From Chloroflexota bacterium (GTDB taxonomy: Bacteria > Chloroflexota > UBA11872): a DNA stretch of 64,000 nucleotides. The first letter of the stretch is position 1, and each line of letters opens with the position of its first letter. The position numbers and the translations under genes were made by a program. The DNA is taken from the NCBI GenBank assembly GCA_026708035.1, contig JAPOVQ010000013.1, forward strand, positions 9,372-73,371, given 5' to 3'. Below the pieces are notes generated by a model. It was given only the letters and a program-made list of their open reading frames with translations, had not been told where the DNA came from and made no database searches. Of the stretch, positions 1 to 9,918 are shown piece by piece.

Positions 1-619
1 CGGTGTAAAACGCGGTCGTCTGCTTCGCCGCCGCGGCCGCGGATTCGGGATCCGTTCCGGCCGCCGCCGACGCTCGTCCCCAGCCCTCGCTGCTGCCGGT
101 GATGGACGCCTTGCCGTCCGCCGAGGTGGCGAACTCCATTTCGTCAGGCTTCGGCGCGTCCGGCTCCGCGAGATACAGCGCCAATCCCAGGAAGCCCATC
201 TCCCACCCGACGCCGACCGCCCCCGGCCCGTAGGTGTCCCAGTGCTCCGACAGGTGCGCCGTGTGCGTGAGCGTCAGCCGTGCGCGGCCCGATCCTTTAT
301 CGGCCACGCGCACATCCACCCAGCTCAAGCTCCCGCCGAACTCCCATGTGAGGGCGTAGTGTGACTGTTGCTCGCAGTCGGTGATCGCGCCGCCGGCATT
401 GCCTTCCACCTGGTAGCGCCCGCCGAGCTGGAAATCCCCGCTCACCGGCGCAAACCATCGCGGTATGCGCTCGCCGTTGGTCACCGCGTCCCACAGGTCT
501 GCAAGCGTCGTCTCGTAGCTGCGCGCAAGCGTGACCCCGCCGGCGGGTCGTCCATCGCGATCCCGCAATGACACCGAGCGCTCCATCGCCCCGAGGTGAT
601 GGTCGACGTCGAAGTTCAT
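1..619 (-). CDS. SRPBCC-superfamily protein, AHSA1 (activator of Hsp90 ATPase homolog)-like. Partial: the C-terminal part runs off the window start.
   Basis: Own minus-strand translation from the ATG at ~617-619: MNFDVDHHLGAMERSVSLRDRDGRPAGGVTLARSYETTLADLWDAVTNGERIPRWFAPVSGDFQLGGRYQVEGNAGG... The frame stays open to position 1, so the ORF has no in-window stop and is absent from the ORF track. Codon third positions are GC-rich. Confidence 0.5.
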   Translation of the reverse strand, partial: MNFDVDHHLGAMERSVSLRDRDGRPAGGVTLARSYETTLADLWDAVTNGERIPRWFAPVSGDFQLGGRYQVEGNAGGAITDCEQQSHYALTWEFGGSLSWVDVRVADKGSGRARLTLTHTAHLSEHWDTYGPGAVGVGWEMGFLGLALYLAEPDAPKPDEMEFATSADGKASITGSSEGWGRASAAAGTDPESAAAAAKQTTAFYT

Positions 620-823
620 GGGCTTCCACCGGCCGTTCACGTGCGGAGTGTTAGTCCGGAGCTTAGTCCAGGAATCGGCGCCCTGCCGCAAGAGCGTCGC
701 TGACGCCATGTGGGGCACGGTAGGAAGAAAGAGCGGCCAGGTGCGAAATCTTCGGTGCGGCCCTTACCCTGTGGGCGCGGGACCGTCGGGTTTCGCTCCT
801 GCGGAAACGGAGTGCGTGGCGGG

Positions 824-2422
824 ATGAAACCGCACCGACTGATCCTTTGCAACGACGGAGGCACGCTGGTCGCGCCGACCATGGAAGCGCCGATTGGCGC
901 CGAAGGGCTGGCGCGGCTGGCCATCGCCCCCCTCCGCGACACCCAGATCGACACCTTGTATTGGCAGCTCGGCACCGATCCCTTCCTCGGCACGCCCACG
1001 CATCGCCTGTCCGACCACTACAGCCACGACACCGCGGTTGGCCCGCGCTGGGGCCAGGACGGATCGCCGTTCACGACCGCTTCCAACTGGCGCATCCATG
1101 AGAACGCCAGGCAGATGTCCGAGTCGGGCGCCGATCCCGCCGCCGTCGTCATCGAGCACGGCCACCGGGCCGGGCTCGAGGTCTTCCTCTCAATGCGCGT
1201 CAACGATGTGCACGACCTCAGGCTCGCCGGTGGGCTGGACGATCCGCTGATGTCGCCCACGAAGCGGGCCAATCCCGACTGGCTTCTGGGGCAGGATGCT
1301 CCCGAGCGCGCCGAAGATCGGGCAATCCGAAGGGACGCAGGTCGGGCGCGCACGGCCTATAACTTCGCCATTCCGCAGGTGCGGGACTACAAGCTGGCCC
1401 TGGCCCGGGAGGCCATTGCCAACTACGACCTGGACGGCCTCGACTGGGATTTCTGCCGCTATCCAAGGCTATTCCCCGAAGGCGAAGAGCAAGCGGGCTC
1501 GGTGCTGCTGACCGATTTGATGCGCGAGATCAGAGCCGCGCTTGACGCCAAGGGCCGGCAGGCCGGCCGGCCTGTCCACTTCTCCGCCCGAATTCCCGGC
1601 TCGCTGGATCAAGCCCGGTCCGAGGGAATGGACGTTCGAGCGTGGCTGGCTGAGGGTCTGCTCGACATCCTCGTCGTCGGTCACACCCTGGGCAACAAGC
1701 ACCGGCTGCCGGTCGAGGAGTACGTCGAGGCGGCGCGGGGCACCAGCGTGCAGGTCATCGCACAGAACCTTGGGCTGTTCGGCCAGAACCGATCGTTCTC
1801 GGCCCGGCTGCTGTGGAACGAGCGCGACTACTACTCCACCGAGATGTGTCGCGCGGTAGCCGCCGCCCACTGGCGGGCCGGCGCGGACGGCATCTACCTC
1901 TTCAACAACCACCTCATCCCCTTCACCCGCGACCTGGGCTACGACCGCCAACCCTGGAAGGAGATGGCCGACCCGGACCTGATTGCTCGCAAAGACAAGC
2001 ACTACCTGGTGGATCAGCGAGAGTGGGCCGGCGGTCCCCTGCCGGCAACGCTCGAGAAACCCGGAGATGAAGTCGAAGTCTCGGTCGACGTCGCGGATGA
2101 CCTCGCGTCAGCCGCCGGGGACGGGTCGCTCACGTCGGTCACGCTGCGTCTGCTCGTCGAGCAGCTCACGGCGCCTGACGAGCTCCAGCTCGACCTGAAC
2201 GGCCACACGCTCGACGCATCCCAGGCCCGAACGCGCCAGCTCTACAACGACACCTGGCTCGAATTCGACGTGTCGCCACCCCTTGCGCGACAGGGCTGGA
2301 ACCGGCTCCGCGTCACGGTGATCGGACGCAACCCCATGATCGACTGTCAGCTCAGCCTCGCCAGCGTCGAGGTGCTCGTCAGCTACCGGATGGAGTCTGC
2401 CGACCGGCCTCGCCCGTCGTAG
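824..2422 (+). CDS. Hydrolase-like protein (putative glycoside-hydrolase-like TIM-barrel), paralog 1 of a three-member family in this window.
   Basis: Track ORF 710..2422 trimmed to the in-frame start MKPHRLILCNDGG at 824. The C-terminal half shares motifs with 23272..25071 and 25322..27103 (TDLMREIRAALDAKG vs TGFMREVRAAMDEAG; VRAWLAEGLLDILVVG vs LRAWMDEGLIDTLIPY; GADGIYLFN vs GAGHMFFWD). The family assignment is inference. Confidence 0.4.
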   Translation: MKPHRLILCNDGGTLVAPTMEAPIGAEGLARLAIAPLRDTQIDTLYWQLGTDPFLGTPTHRLSDHYSHDTAVGPRWGQDGSPFTTASNWRIHENARQMSESGADPAAVVIEHGHRAGLEVFLSMRVNDVHDLRLAGGLDDPLMSPTKRANPDWLLGQDAPERAEDRAIRRDAGRARTAYNFAIPQVRDYKLALAREAIANYDLDGLDWDFCRYPRLFPEGEEQAGSVLLTDLMREIRAALDAKGRQAGRPVHFSARIPGSLDQARSEGMDVRAWLAEGLLDILVVGHTLGNKHRLPVEEYVEAARGTSVQVIAQNLGLFGQNRSFSARLLWNERDYYSTEMCRAVAAAHWRAGADGIYLFNNHLIPFTRDLGYDRQPWKEMADPDLIARKDKHYLVDQREWAGGPLPATLEKPGDEVEVSVDVADDLASAAGDGSLTSVTLRLLVEQLTAPDELQLDLNGHTLDASQARTRQLYNDTWLEFDVSPPLARQGWNRLRVTVIGRNPMIDCQLSLASVEVLVSYRMESADRPRPS

Positions 2423-2429
2423 TCTCCCC

Positions 2430-2454
2430 GTGCGCCGCCTCGGCGCCGACGCAC
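2430..2454. terminator. Imperfect GC-rich hairpin between convergent genes; possible bidirectional terminator.
   Basis: gtgcgccgcctcggcgccgacgcac: the outer arms gtgcg/cgcac and the inner ccgcc..ggcg can pair. No T-tract. Confidence 0.2.
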
Positions 2455-2502
2455 GTGAGAGCCGTAGGGCGGGTGGCCCCGGCGTGCTTCAGTCGGCGGC
2501 GC

Positions 2503-4662
2503 CTATGAGTCCGAGACGTTGAACCTGATTTGATGCCAGCCCTCGGCGCCGTTCGGCGCTGGGGGCCTGGGACCCTCGGGTTGCACTTCGCCGTTGGCCT
2601 CGGTCGCCCGCACCCTGACCGTGTGCGCGCCCGGGGTGGCATCCCATTCGTGCACCCACTGCACCCAGGTGTGCTTGCTGATCGGCAGGGCGAGCCTGGC
2701 TTCCTGCCAGTCGCCGCCGTCGATCTGCACCTCCACTTTGCTGACACCGCGATTCTGCGCCCACGCCACACCGGCGATGGGTTGCCGGCCGGGGCTTATC
2801 GTCGCTGCGGGCCTGGGAACGTCGATTCGGGATTGCAGCTTGACCGGACCGCGCTTGGACCATCCGCGCGGGATCCAGTAGCCGTTGAACCCTTCCCAGG
2901 TTGTGAGTTCGATCTCTTGCAGCCATTTGGTGGCGGATACGTAGCCGTAGAGCCCCGACACGATCAGGCGCGCCGGAAAGCCGTGTTTGAATGGCAGCGC
3001 TTCGCCATTCATGCCCACGGCCACTAGCGCCGGACGTCCGTCGAACGCCACATCGCGCGGGAACCCGACCGTAAAGCCGTCGACCGACCGCCCGACGATC
3101 TGGGTGGCTTCAGGCTTCACCCCGGCGTGGTTGATCAGGTGCCAGATCGGCACGCCCTGCCATTTGGCATTGCCGATGAGGTTTCCTCCCACTTGGTTCG
3201 AGACGCAGCACAGCGTGATGAACTCCTCGAAGGTCGAGAGTCCGAGCAACTCGTCGAAGGAAATGCTGTACGGACGCTCCACCATGCCGGAGATGTTGAG
3301 CCGCCAGCTATTGACGTCGACGCGTGGAATCGAGAACGCGGTGTCAATCCGATAGAAGTCGTTGTTCGGCGTGACCAGCGGCGTCATCCCGTCCACCGGA
3401 ACCGTCGTCGTTGTCAGCGGTTGGACCGGTGCGGGCGTCGGCGTCGGTGTTGGGGTGGGTTCGGGCGTGGGAGTGGGCGTCGGCTCCGGCGTGGGAGTCG
3501 GTGTGGGCTCGGGCGTAGGCGTGGGCGTCGGTTCGGGTGTGGGAGTCGGTGTCGGTTCGGGTGTGGGAGTTGGGGTTGGCTCGGGTGTAGGAGTTGGTGT
3601 CGGCTCGGGTGTGGGGGTAGGCGTGGGCTCAGGCGTGGGAGTCGGCGTGGGCTCCGGCGTAGGTGTGGGCGCAGGCGCGGCTGTCCGCTCGGCGCGGGCC
3701 ACGGTCGCGGGTGTGGGCTCGGGTGTGGGGGTCGGCGTGGGCTCGGGGGTGGGCGTGGCCGTCGGTTCGGGTGTGGGCGTCGGTGTGGGCTCGGGCGTGG
3801 GAGTGGGCGTGGGCTCCGGTGTGGGAGTCGGCGTGGGCTCGGGCGTCGACGTAGGCGTCGGCTCAGGCGTGGCCGTGGGTGTGGGCTCGGGAGTGGCCGT
3901 GGGCGTCGGCTCGGGCGTGGGAGTCGGCGTGGGCTCGGGGGTGGGCGTTGGCGCCAGCGCCTCCGCGACGCTGATCGTCGGCGCCGGTCCCGGCAGCGTC
4001 ACCGCCGGGCGGTCGCTCACGGGTGGCAGCACCACGTCCTCACGCTTGGCCACGACCACCTTGGCGCGTTCAATCAGATTGCGTCCAACGACACCGGTCG
4101 CAACCGAGGCCGCGGCAACCAGCGTGGCCGTACCAAGAAAGAGCCGTCGCTGTCGCCGCATCTGGATCGCCAGTGGCGTCTCAGCGGCAGGTGCTGGCTC
4201 CCGAGTCAGGCGGACCAGCCACAGGAGCGCCGCCACCGCCAGCCCGACCGAAACCGCAGCCGAGGCCGCTCCATGGGCCGGCGTTGATTGGGCGTCGAAG
4301 GCGTTCGCCAGACCTGCCAGGATGCCGAATGCCACAAAGCCGGCCACCGCCACCGGTCGCGACCGCAAGGCCACGACGCCGAGCGTGGCGCTGAAGATTG
4401 CGGTGAGCACCACGAGGAAGATGATGAGCGCCAGCTTGTCGCTGGTGCCGAATACGCTGATCGCGAACTCTTCCATGGCCCGCGGACTCAAGTCGACGAT
4501 TCGGCCGCTCATGGAGACGAGCAGCGACGGCAAGCCACCGAAGATTCCGGCGTAGAGCTCGCTGACACCCACGGCCAGCAGTCCGGATAAGACCCCCGCC
4601 AGGCCGGCGGGCGCCCAGGACTTCAAAATGCGGGCCAGCCGCCGGGCGATCTCGTCAGCCAT
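2503..4662 (-). CDS. Membrane-anchored molybdopterin-dependent oxidoreductase (sulfite-oxidase / MsrP-YedY-like Mo-binding domain) with a very long Pro/Thr/Glu linker.
   Basis: N-terminus has several hydrophobic segments ([23 protein letters not shown].., [23 protein letters not shown]..). The C-terminal domain reads [43 protein letters not shown]...[64 protein letters not shown], typical of the oxidoreductase molybdopterin-binding fold. Confidence 0.6.
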   Translation of the reverse strand: MADEIARRLARILKSWAPAGLAGVLSGLLAVGVSELYAGIFGGLPSLLVSMSGRIVDLSPRAMEEFAISVFGTSDKLALIIFLVVLTAIFSATLGVVALRSRPVAVAGFVAFGILAGLANAFDAQSTPAHGAASAAVSVGLAVAALLWLVRLTREPAPAAETPLAIQMRRQRRLFLGTATLVAAASVATGVVGRNLIERAKVVVAKREDVVLPPVSDRPAVTLPGPAPTISVAEALAPTPTPEPTPTPTPEPTPTATPEPTPTATPEPTPTSTPEPTPTPTPEPTPTPTPEPTPTPTPEPTATPTPEPTPTPTPEPTPATVARAERTAAPAPTPTPEPTPTPTPEPTPTPTPEPTPTPTPEPTPTPTPEPTPTPTPEPTPTPTPEPTPTPTPEPTPTPTPEPTPTPTPTPAPVQPLTTTTVPVDGMTPLVTPNNDFYRIDTAFSIPRVDVNSWRLNISGMVERPYSISFDELLGLSTFEEFITLCCVSNQVGGNLIGNAKWQGVPIWHLINHAGVKPEATQIVGRSVDGFTVGFPRDVAFDGRPALVAVGMNGEALPFKHGFPARLIVSGLYGYVSATKWLQEIELTTWEGFNGYWIPRGWSKRGPVKLQSRIDVPRPAATISPGRQPIAGVAWAQNRGVSKVEVQIDGGDWQEARLALPISKHTWVQWVHEWDATPGAHTVRVRATEANGEVQPEGPRPPAPNGAEGWHQIRFNVSDS
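3390..3960 (-). repeat. In-CDS low-complexity repeat encoding a ~190 aa (PTPEPT)n linker.
   Basis: The protein has [24 protein letters not shown]... repeated dozens of times. The antisense frame gives the spurious [14 protein letters not shown] at 3362..4555. Confidence 0.85.
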
Positions 4663-4937
4663 CCGGTCCTCCTAGGCGCACAGCGCTCCCACACACCTAT
4701 ACGTGCCTGTGGCCGGGCCGGATGCCCACCCGGCCGCCCGCCATTCTATGGCGTGTACGAGTAGCTCGAGCCCATTTCGGTAAGCCATCTCACGGTCCGC
4801 GCGGGAGGTTTGACTTGAAATCATCGCTGGTGTAAAAGACTGCGCTCCCTTGGCCCGCCAAGGTGGCGGGCGAAACTGGAGAAAGGCGTGCTCCATTGAT
4901 TAGAACTAGCTACGTGCCCGCGCGGTTGCGTGCGCTG

Positions 4938-5480
4938 ATGCTCTTGGTCGTCGTGAGCGCATTGGTCCTCGCCACGCTGTCGCCGGCACTGGCGGACATG
5001 CATCCGGCCGCCAAAGACGGCCAGCGGCTCGAAGATCAGTCCGCTGATGTGCAGGCGACCTACCGCGCGATTTACGGCGACGACGCCGCGGGTCAGTGGA
5101 TTCACGATCACAACGCCGAGCTCGACTCGATGATGATGATGATGGACTCGCCGACCGACAACATGTACTACGACCGCATCGTTGCCGTGGCCGAAGCTCG
5201 AATCGCTGCCGGTATGGCCATGATGGGCGACGACATGTCGATGGGCGATGACATGTCCATGGGCGACGACATGTCGATGGACGATGACATGTCCATGGAT
5301 GACGACATGGGCATGGACGACATGGGCATGGGTCTGTCGCACCGCATCGCGGTCGACGTGATCAGTCGAGGCACCGAGGCTGAGTTCCTGGCCGGCACCG
5401 ACGAGGGTGTGATTTACGGCGTGGGGACCTCGGAGGACGAGCTCAACAAGATGAGCGACATGTCCATGGACATGATGTAG
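4938..5480 (+). CDS. Secreted Met/Asp-rich repeat protein (possible metal/copper-binding).
   Basis: Track ORF 4863..5480 trimmed to MLLVVVSALVLATLSPALA (signal-peptide-like). It contains MMMMMDSP and MGDDMSMGDDMSMGDDMSMDDDMSMDDDMGMDDMGMG. Third-position GC favours this strand over the antisense His-rich ORF 4821..5711. Confidence 0.45.
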   Translation: MLLVVVSALVLATLSPALADMHPAAKDGQRLEDQSADVQATYRAIYGDDAAGQWIHDHNAELDSMMMMMDSPTDNMYYDRIVAVAEARIAAGMAMMGDDMSMGDDMSMGDDMSMDDDMSMDDDMGMDDMGMGLSHRIAVDVISRGTEAEFLAGTDEGVIYGVGTSEDELNKMSDMSMDMM

Positions 5481-5508
5481 CGCCGATCGAGCGCACGCCG
5501 TCCACTTC

Positions 5509-5541
5509 CGACGCCAGCCGCGATCAGCGCGGCTGGCGTCG
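5509..5541 (+). terminator. Perfect 14-bp GC-rich stem-loop immediately downstream of the Met-rich gene.
   Basis: cgacgccagccgcg-atca(g)-cgcggctggcgtcg: the arms are exact reverse complements. There is no T-run, as is usual in high-GC genomes. Confidence 0.4.
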
Positions 5542-5730
5542 GAGCTTGTCGAGGATTCGCGCTCAATGCTCCAGGGCTGAAGCCGACTGCGCCTCAGCGC
5601 AATTGCGTGCAGTCCCCTGAGTGTCTCTGCGGCCGGCGTTTGACTGCGTCGAGGTGTTAGGCAGCAATCGCGACGGTGCCTGACGTTAGACTCCGCCCGC
5701 CCGACGCTCACGCCGCAGGCAGTCGCGCAA

Positions 5731-7257
5731 ATGACTGACTTCGACGACTACCTGATGGAGTCCTACGAGCTGCGGGAGAAGCTCGTCGCGGACAAGTTTC
5801 GACCGCGATACCACTTCGTTCCGCCGGAAGGCCGCTGGAACGACATCAACGGCGCCATCTTCTGGAAGGGCCGATATCACCTCGGCTACCTGCAGAAGAT
5901 CGCCAATGGTCCTGGCGAGATCTACTTCTCAAGCTGGCAGCACATCAGCAGCCGGGATCTGCTCCACTGGCGCTACCACACGGCCTCGCTGCGAGAGCCC
6001 CTGGAAGGCGCCAAGGGCGACTACTTCAACAGCGGAGACGTGATGGAGGGCACGGCCCCGCCCACCATCATCACCAACATGCCCACGCGGGGCATCTGCA
6101 TCTACCAATGCCACGACGACGACCTTGACCGCTGGGTCCCGCTGGCCGAAAACCCCGTCATACCCCTGGACCCGCCCGAGGAGGGAGCACCGCCCAAGTC
6201 CTCCAGCAAGTTTCCGGAGTGCGTGATCTTCGATCCCAGCGGCTGGAAGCAGGGCGATGTCTACTACGCCCTGGTCGGGAACAAGAACCTCCGCCCCGGC
6301 TACGAGGGAGATTCCACCAGCCTGTTCAAGTCCAGGGACCTCAGGCAGTGGGAGTACGTCGGCCCGTTCTACAAGTCCGATCGGCGGTGGACGGCGGAGG
6401 TGGAGGACTGCGCCTGCTCCAACTTCTTTCCATTCGGCGACAGGCACATGCTCTTGATGCACACCCATTGGCCCTATAACAAGGCCCAGTACTACATCGG
6501 ACGCTACGAGCAGGAGCGGTTCACCCCCGAAATCCACGGGCAGCTGAGCCATTTGGGCAGCCTGGTTGCCGGCCCCGAGACGCTGGTGGACGACCGGGGC
6601 CGCAGGATCTTCTGGGGATGGATCAGGGACGCGCGGGAGCACGAATGGGAGAAACACGGCTGGAACGGCGTCATGACCCTGCCCTGGCACTTCACCCCCG
6701 CCGGCGACCACAGCCTTCGCATCGACCCCGTGGCGGAGCTGCGCGCCCTGCGCTACGACGAGCGGCGGCATGGCGACGTCACCCTCTCGGAGGGCGAGGA
6801 GCGAACCGTCCGCGAATTCGGGTCTGACTGCATGGAGGTCAAGCTGACCATCGAGCCCAACGACGCCGCCCGCTTCGGGATCAAGGTGCTGTGCGCGCCC
6901 GGAGGCCAGGAGGAAACGGTGGTGACCTACGACGCCGAGCGGCAGCAGTTCGTGGTCGACTTTGAGCGGGCCAGCGAAGACGAGGAATTGACCTACGGCT
7001 ACGACGCCGGAGTCTACTCCAGGGGCGTCCGCCGACAGGTCGTGCCCTTTGCGCTCGAGCGCGACGCGCGGCTGGACATCGACCTCTTCGTCGACCGCTC
7101 CGTCGTCGAGATGTTCGTCAACTCACGCATTTGCATCGTCCAGCGGGTCTACCCCACCAGGGACGACAGCGAAGACTTCAAGCTCTTCACCGAGGATCGG
7201 CCTATCGGCGTCACGAACCTCGTGAAATGGGAGATGGACGCCACCAACCCCTGGTGA
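5731..7257 (+). CDS. Glycoside hydrolase family 32-like (beta-fructofuranosidase/levanase-type five-bladed propeller).
   Basis: N-terminal RYHFVPPEGRWNDINGAIFWKGRYHLGYLQ matches the GH32 WMNDPNG...YHLFYQ nucleophile block. A later FPECVIFD matches the GH32 EC motif. No signal peptide. Confidence 0.55.
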   Translation: MTDFDDYLMESYELREKLVADKFRPRYHFVPPEGRWNDINGAIFWKGRYHLGYLQKIANGPGEIYFSSWQHISSRDLLHWRYHTASLREPLEGAKGDYFNSGDVMEGTAPPTIITNMPTRGICIYQCHDDDLDRWVPLAENPVIPLDPPEEGAPPKSSSKFPECVIFDPSGWKQGDVYYALVGNKNLRPGYEGDSTSLFKSRDLRQWEYVGPFYKSDRRWTAEVEDCACSNFFPFGDRHMLLMHTHWPYNKAQYYIGRYEQERFTPEIHGQLSHLGSLVAGPETLVDDRGRRIFWGWIRDAREHEWEKHGWNGVMTLPWHFTPAGDHSLRIDPVAELRALRYDERRHGDVTLSEGEERTVREFGSDCMEVKLTIEPNDAARFGIKVLCAPGGQEETVVTYDAERQQFVVDFERASEDEELTYGYDAGVYSRGVRRQVVPFALERDARLDIDLFVDRSVVEMFVNSRICIVQRVYPTRDDSEDFKLFTEDRPIGVTNLVKWEMDATNPW

Positions 7258-7599
7258 TTGCGAGGAGCGTCGATTCGCCCCATCACCCGCTCCGGGAGGC
7301 AAACTCTGCGCGCACGTGAGGCAGGTATGGCTGAATTCATCGCTCTTCGCCGGGAGATTCCCATATGGGGAAACTGACTTAGGCCCTTAGCCAGCCTCCA
7401 GCCGCCGCGGTTCAGAGGGTTGGTTATGGACACATTTGTAGGCGCGAATACCCCACGAAACGGACATGGTGGGCGATGCAACTAGTAGGAAAGGGTTACT
7501 TCCTGATTGCCATGCCACAACACTTGCGTCACGATGTATGCGAAGAGGGATCGAACCCAGTGGATCCTTCTCGCGACATCACATAGGGGAGATTCAAAC

Positions 7600-8280
7600 A
7601 TGGGCACAATATCCGTGAACCGACTAGCGGGTCTGTCCCTCATATTCGGCCCGATAATCGCCTTCGTCTTCTTTCTCGTAGAGCCGGGCGGGCTACTGAT
7701 AGACAGCGCCCCCGTGTCGGACGCCGTCGGCTCCATCACGGCCAAAGGTGACAACGCCGCGCTGACCAATGTCACGAACATCGGAATCATTCTTGGCCTG
7801 GCCCTCATCCTCTCCGGCCTCTACGCGCTCATGCGGAACGTGACCTTGCAGGGCAACGGCAAGGCGCTGGTTCAGATGGGCTTTTTCATGATGTTCGTCG
7901 GACTGACCGGTTGGATCCTGTCCGGCGGCATGGACTTCATTCTGGCCGATGCTCAAACCAGCGACCAGATCAGCGGAAGCGTTCCCGTCTACTACGCCGG
8001 CTCCGCCCTCGTCTACGCCGGCGGGATTGCCCTTGGATTCGGCGGCTTCATTTTCGCGTTGGGCCTTTCCACGCGCGACGACCACAGCCGGATAGTCTCG
8101 CTGCTGGCTGCCCTTGTCAGCCTGGCCATCATGGTCTTCTTCGCGGTAGCCATACTCAGCAACGAGGGCCGCGACACCTTCATCTCGCTGGCCCGGAGCC
8201 TCTACGTCCTGCTGGTGATCTGGTATGGATACCTGGGCTTCGGACTGATGCGGCGACCCGATCCCCTCCTGTGGCAGTAG
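7600..8280 (+). CDS. Integral membrane protein of unknown function.
   Basis: Track ORF 7507..8280 trimmed to MGTISVNRLAG, which has an aggggag RBS-like sequence ~8 nt upstream. There are multiple hydrophobic helices. The upstream ~300 bp is lower in GC and noncoding. Confidence 0.5.
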   Translation: MGTISVNRLAGLSLIFGPIIAFVFFLVEPGGLLIDSAPVSDAVGSITAKGDNAALTNVTNIGIILGLALILSGLYALMRNVTLQGNGKALVQMGFFMMFVGLTGWILSGGMDFILADAQTSDQISGSVPVYYAGSALVYAGGIALGFGGFIFALGLSTRDDHSRIVSLLAALVSLAIMVFFAVAILSNEGRDTFISLARSLYVLLVIWYGYLGFGLMRRPDPLLWQ

Positions 8281-8465
8281 CCTCAATCTAGGGCTTGCCC
8301 GCGGCCGTCCGACGGTCGACGGGCGGTGGCGGCGCACGAGCCGCTGCTAGCGCGAGTCTGCGCCTGGACAACTCCGGCGGCTCGGGTCTGGAGCGTGCCT
8401 ATGTGAAGAGGCTGTGACGCAAACCGGGTGACGACGCCAGCAACCGAATATTCAGCTTCGCCGAG

Positions 8466-9683
8466 TTACGCGTCGGCCTGTTCCCACTCGTCGCTCAGCA
8501 CGCGGTAGAACACGACATCGACCCGCGAACGGCCGGTGCCGGGAGCCTTGTAGTGGTCTCGGGCCAGACCTTCGCACTGCATACCCAGCTTCTCCATCAC
8601 CCGCCGGGACTGCCGATGCTCGGCGTCGGTTCGGGCCCAGATCTTGGCCAGGCCACGCCGTCGAAACCCCCAGTCGATCACGGCGCCGGCGGCCTCCGGC
8701 ATGAGGCCCTTGCCCCAGTTCGACTTCGCCAAGGCGTAGTGCAGCTCGCCGGTCTCGTGCCTTGCGTCGATGCTGAGGGTGATGATCCCGACGCAGGCGC
8801 CGTCCAGCACGATGGCCCAGGAGGGCCTGGTGTCCGGCGAATCGAGCAAATGACGCGCAACCACCTCCTCGGCGTCTCGGCGTGTGTACGGCCGCGGCGC
8901 CTCGTCCAGCAGATGCCTGGCCCACTCGGGGTCGCTGGTGAACGCAAACACGCCGTCTACGTCGCCTGGTTCCAATGGCCGCAGCAGCAGCCGGCGGGTG
9001 GTCAACTCGCGGAGCTCGCCACGGTCGGTTGAGTCGTACTCGTCGATCGGTGCGGGGATTGGAGGCAGAGGCTCGACGAGCCTGCTCCACTCGTCCCGCA
9101 GCACGGAGTAGTAGGCCGCATCGACCCGTGTTCCGCCCATCACTTCGCTCCGAAGCGTTCCGTCGCGGGCCATTCCCAGCTTTTTCATCACTCGCAGCGA
9201 GCGCGTGTTGCGCGCGTCGGCGGCCGCGTAGATCTTCGCGAGCCCGTACTGGCGGAAGCCCCAATCGCAGACGGCAGCCGTCGCCTCGGTCGCGATGCCC
9301 CGTCCCCACATATCTCTGGCCACGTCGTAGCCCAACTCGGCCGTTTGGTCCTCGGAATCGACGTCGAGGCTGACCACGCCAATGACGCGATCTTTCAGGA
9401 CGATGGCGAACCTGGCGCCCTTGTCCCATGACGCCAGCACGGCCTGCGCCACCATGTGCTCGGCGGCGCCCCGCTCGTACGGACGCGAATAGAACTCGGC
9501 CCACTCGGGATCGCTGCCGTATCTGAGCACGTCGTCGATATCCGACAGCCTGAACGGCCGCAAGAGCAGTCGCTCAGTTGTCAGATCCGTGGGATTGGTC
9601 ACTGATGGTCCCTTTGCCAACGCTGCGGCAATGGTGCCGGTCCACCCCGCAACGCTACTACGGGCGGACCACGCCACCGACAC
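8466..9683 (-). CDS. Tandem-domain GNAT N-acetyltransferase (two RimJ/RimL-like halves).
   Basis: Internal duplication: LLLRPFRLSDIDDVLRYGSDPEWAEFYSRPY... and LLLRPLEPGDVDGVFAFTSDPEWARHLLDEAPRPY..., each followed by a WAIV/WAIVL...G.IG...D core typical of Acetyltransf_3. Confidence 0.65.
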   Translation of the reverse strand: MSVAWSARSSVAGWTGTIAAALAKGPSVTNPTDLTTERLLLRPFRLSDIDDVLRYGSDPEWAEFYSRPYERGAAEHMVAQAVLASWDKGARFAIVLKDRVIGVVSLDVDSEDQTAELGYDVARDMWGRGIATEATAAVCDWGFRQYGLAKIYAAADARNTRSLRVMKKLGMARDGTLRSEVMGGTRVDAAYYSVLRDEWSRLVEPLPPIPAPIDEYDSTDRGELRELTTRRLLLRPLEPGDVDGVFAFTSDPEWARHLLDEAPRPYTRRDAEEVVARHLLDSPDTRPSWAIVLDGACVGIITLSIDARHETGELHYALAKSNWGKGLMPEAAGAVIDWGFRRRGLAKIWARTDAEHRQSRRVMEKLGMQCEGLARDHYKAPGTGRSRVDVVFYRVLSDEWEQADA

Positions 9684-9794
9684 TTGATTTGCGGGCGCCG
9701 CACGTTCCCGATCACGCCAGTTGCTGACTCCGTGGGCCTTGGCCGACCGGGATGTCGGGTGCGCGTCTCAAGCTGGCCACATCGTCACGCTGGA

Positions 9795-9867
9795 CAAACT
9801 GGGTGGGCCGGGTGGGACTCGAACCCACGACCTTCGGATTAAAAGTCCGCTGCTCTACCAACTGAGC
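9795..9867 (-). tRNA. tRNA-Lys (anticodon TTT).
   Basis: Reverse complement reads GGGTCGGTAGCTCAGTTGGTAGAGCAGCGGACTTTTAATCCGAAGGTCGTGGGTTCGAGTCCCACCCGGCCCA. The acceptor stem pairs (one U-G), D arm GCTC/GAGC, anticodon loop CTTTTAA, T arm GTGGG/CCCAC with TTCGAGT loop. Ends +/-1 nt. Confidence 0.85.
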
Positions 9868-9918
9868 TACCGACCCGGCCCAAGCTTAGCGACCGGACGG
9901 TCAAAGGCCGCGGCCTTG

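Noticed and set aside
297-1165. Short ORFs 297..629 (-), 368..571 (+), 637..999 (-), 764..1165 (-)
   Set aside because: Alternate frames of the partial SRPBCC gene (1..619) and of the hydrolase-like gene's 5' region; no independent support.
3362-4555. 397 aa ORF ([11 protein letters not shown] repeats) and the Arg/Gly-rich ORF 3127..4287
   Set aside because: They are antisense or alternate-frame images of the PTPEPT linker-coding repeat inside the real minus-strand gene 2503..4662.
4821-5711. 296 aa minus-strand His-rich ORF (HVVHAHVVIHGHVIVHRH...)
   Set aside because: It is the mirror image of the Met/Asp repeat gene. The plus strand has GC-rich third codon positions, a signal peptide and a downstream terminator, so the plus-strand gene was called instead (moderate confidence).
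8452-9504. 350 aa Arg-rich minus-strand ORF
   Set aside because: Alternate frame of the tandem GNAT gene 8466..9683; low-complexity RG-rich translation.
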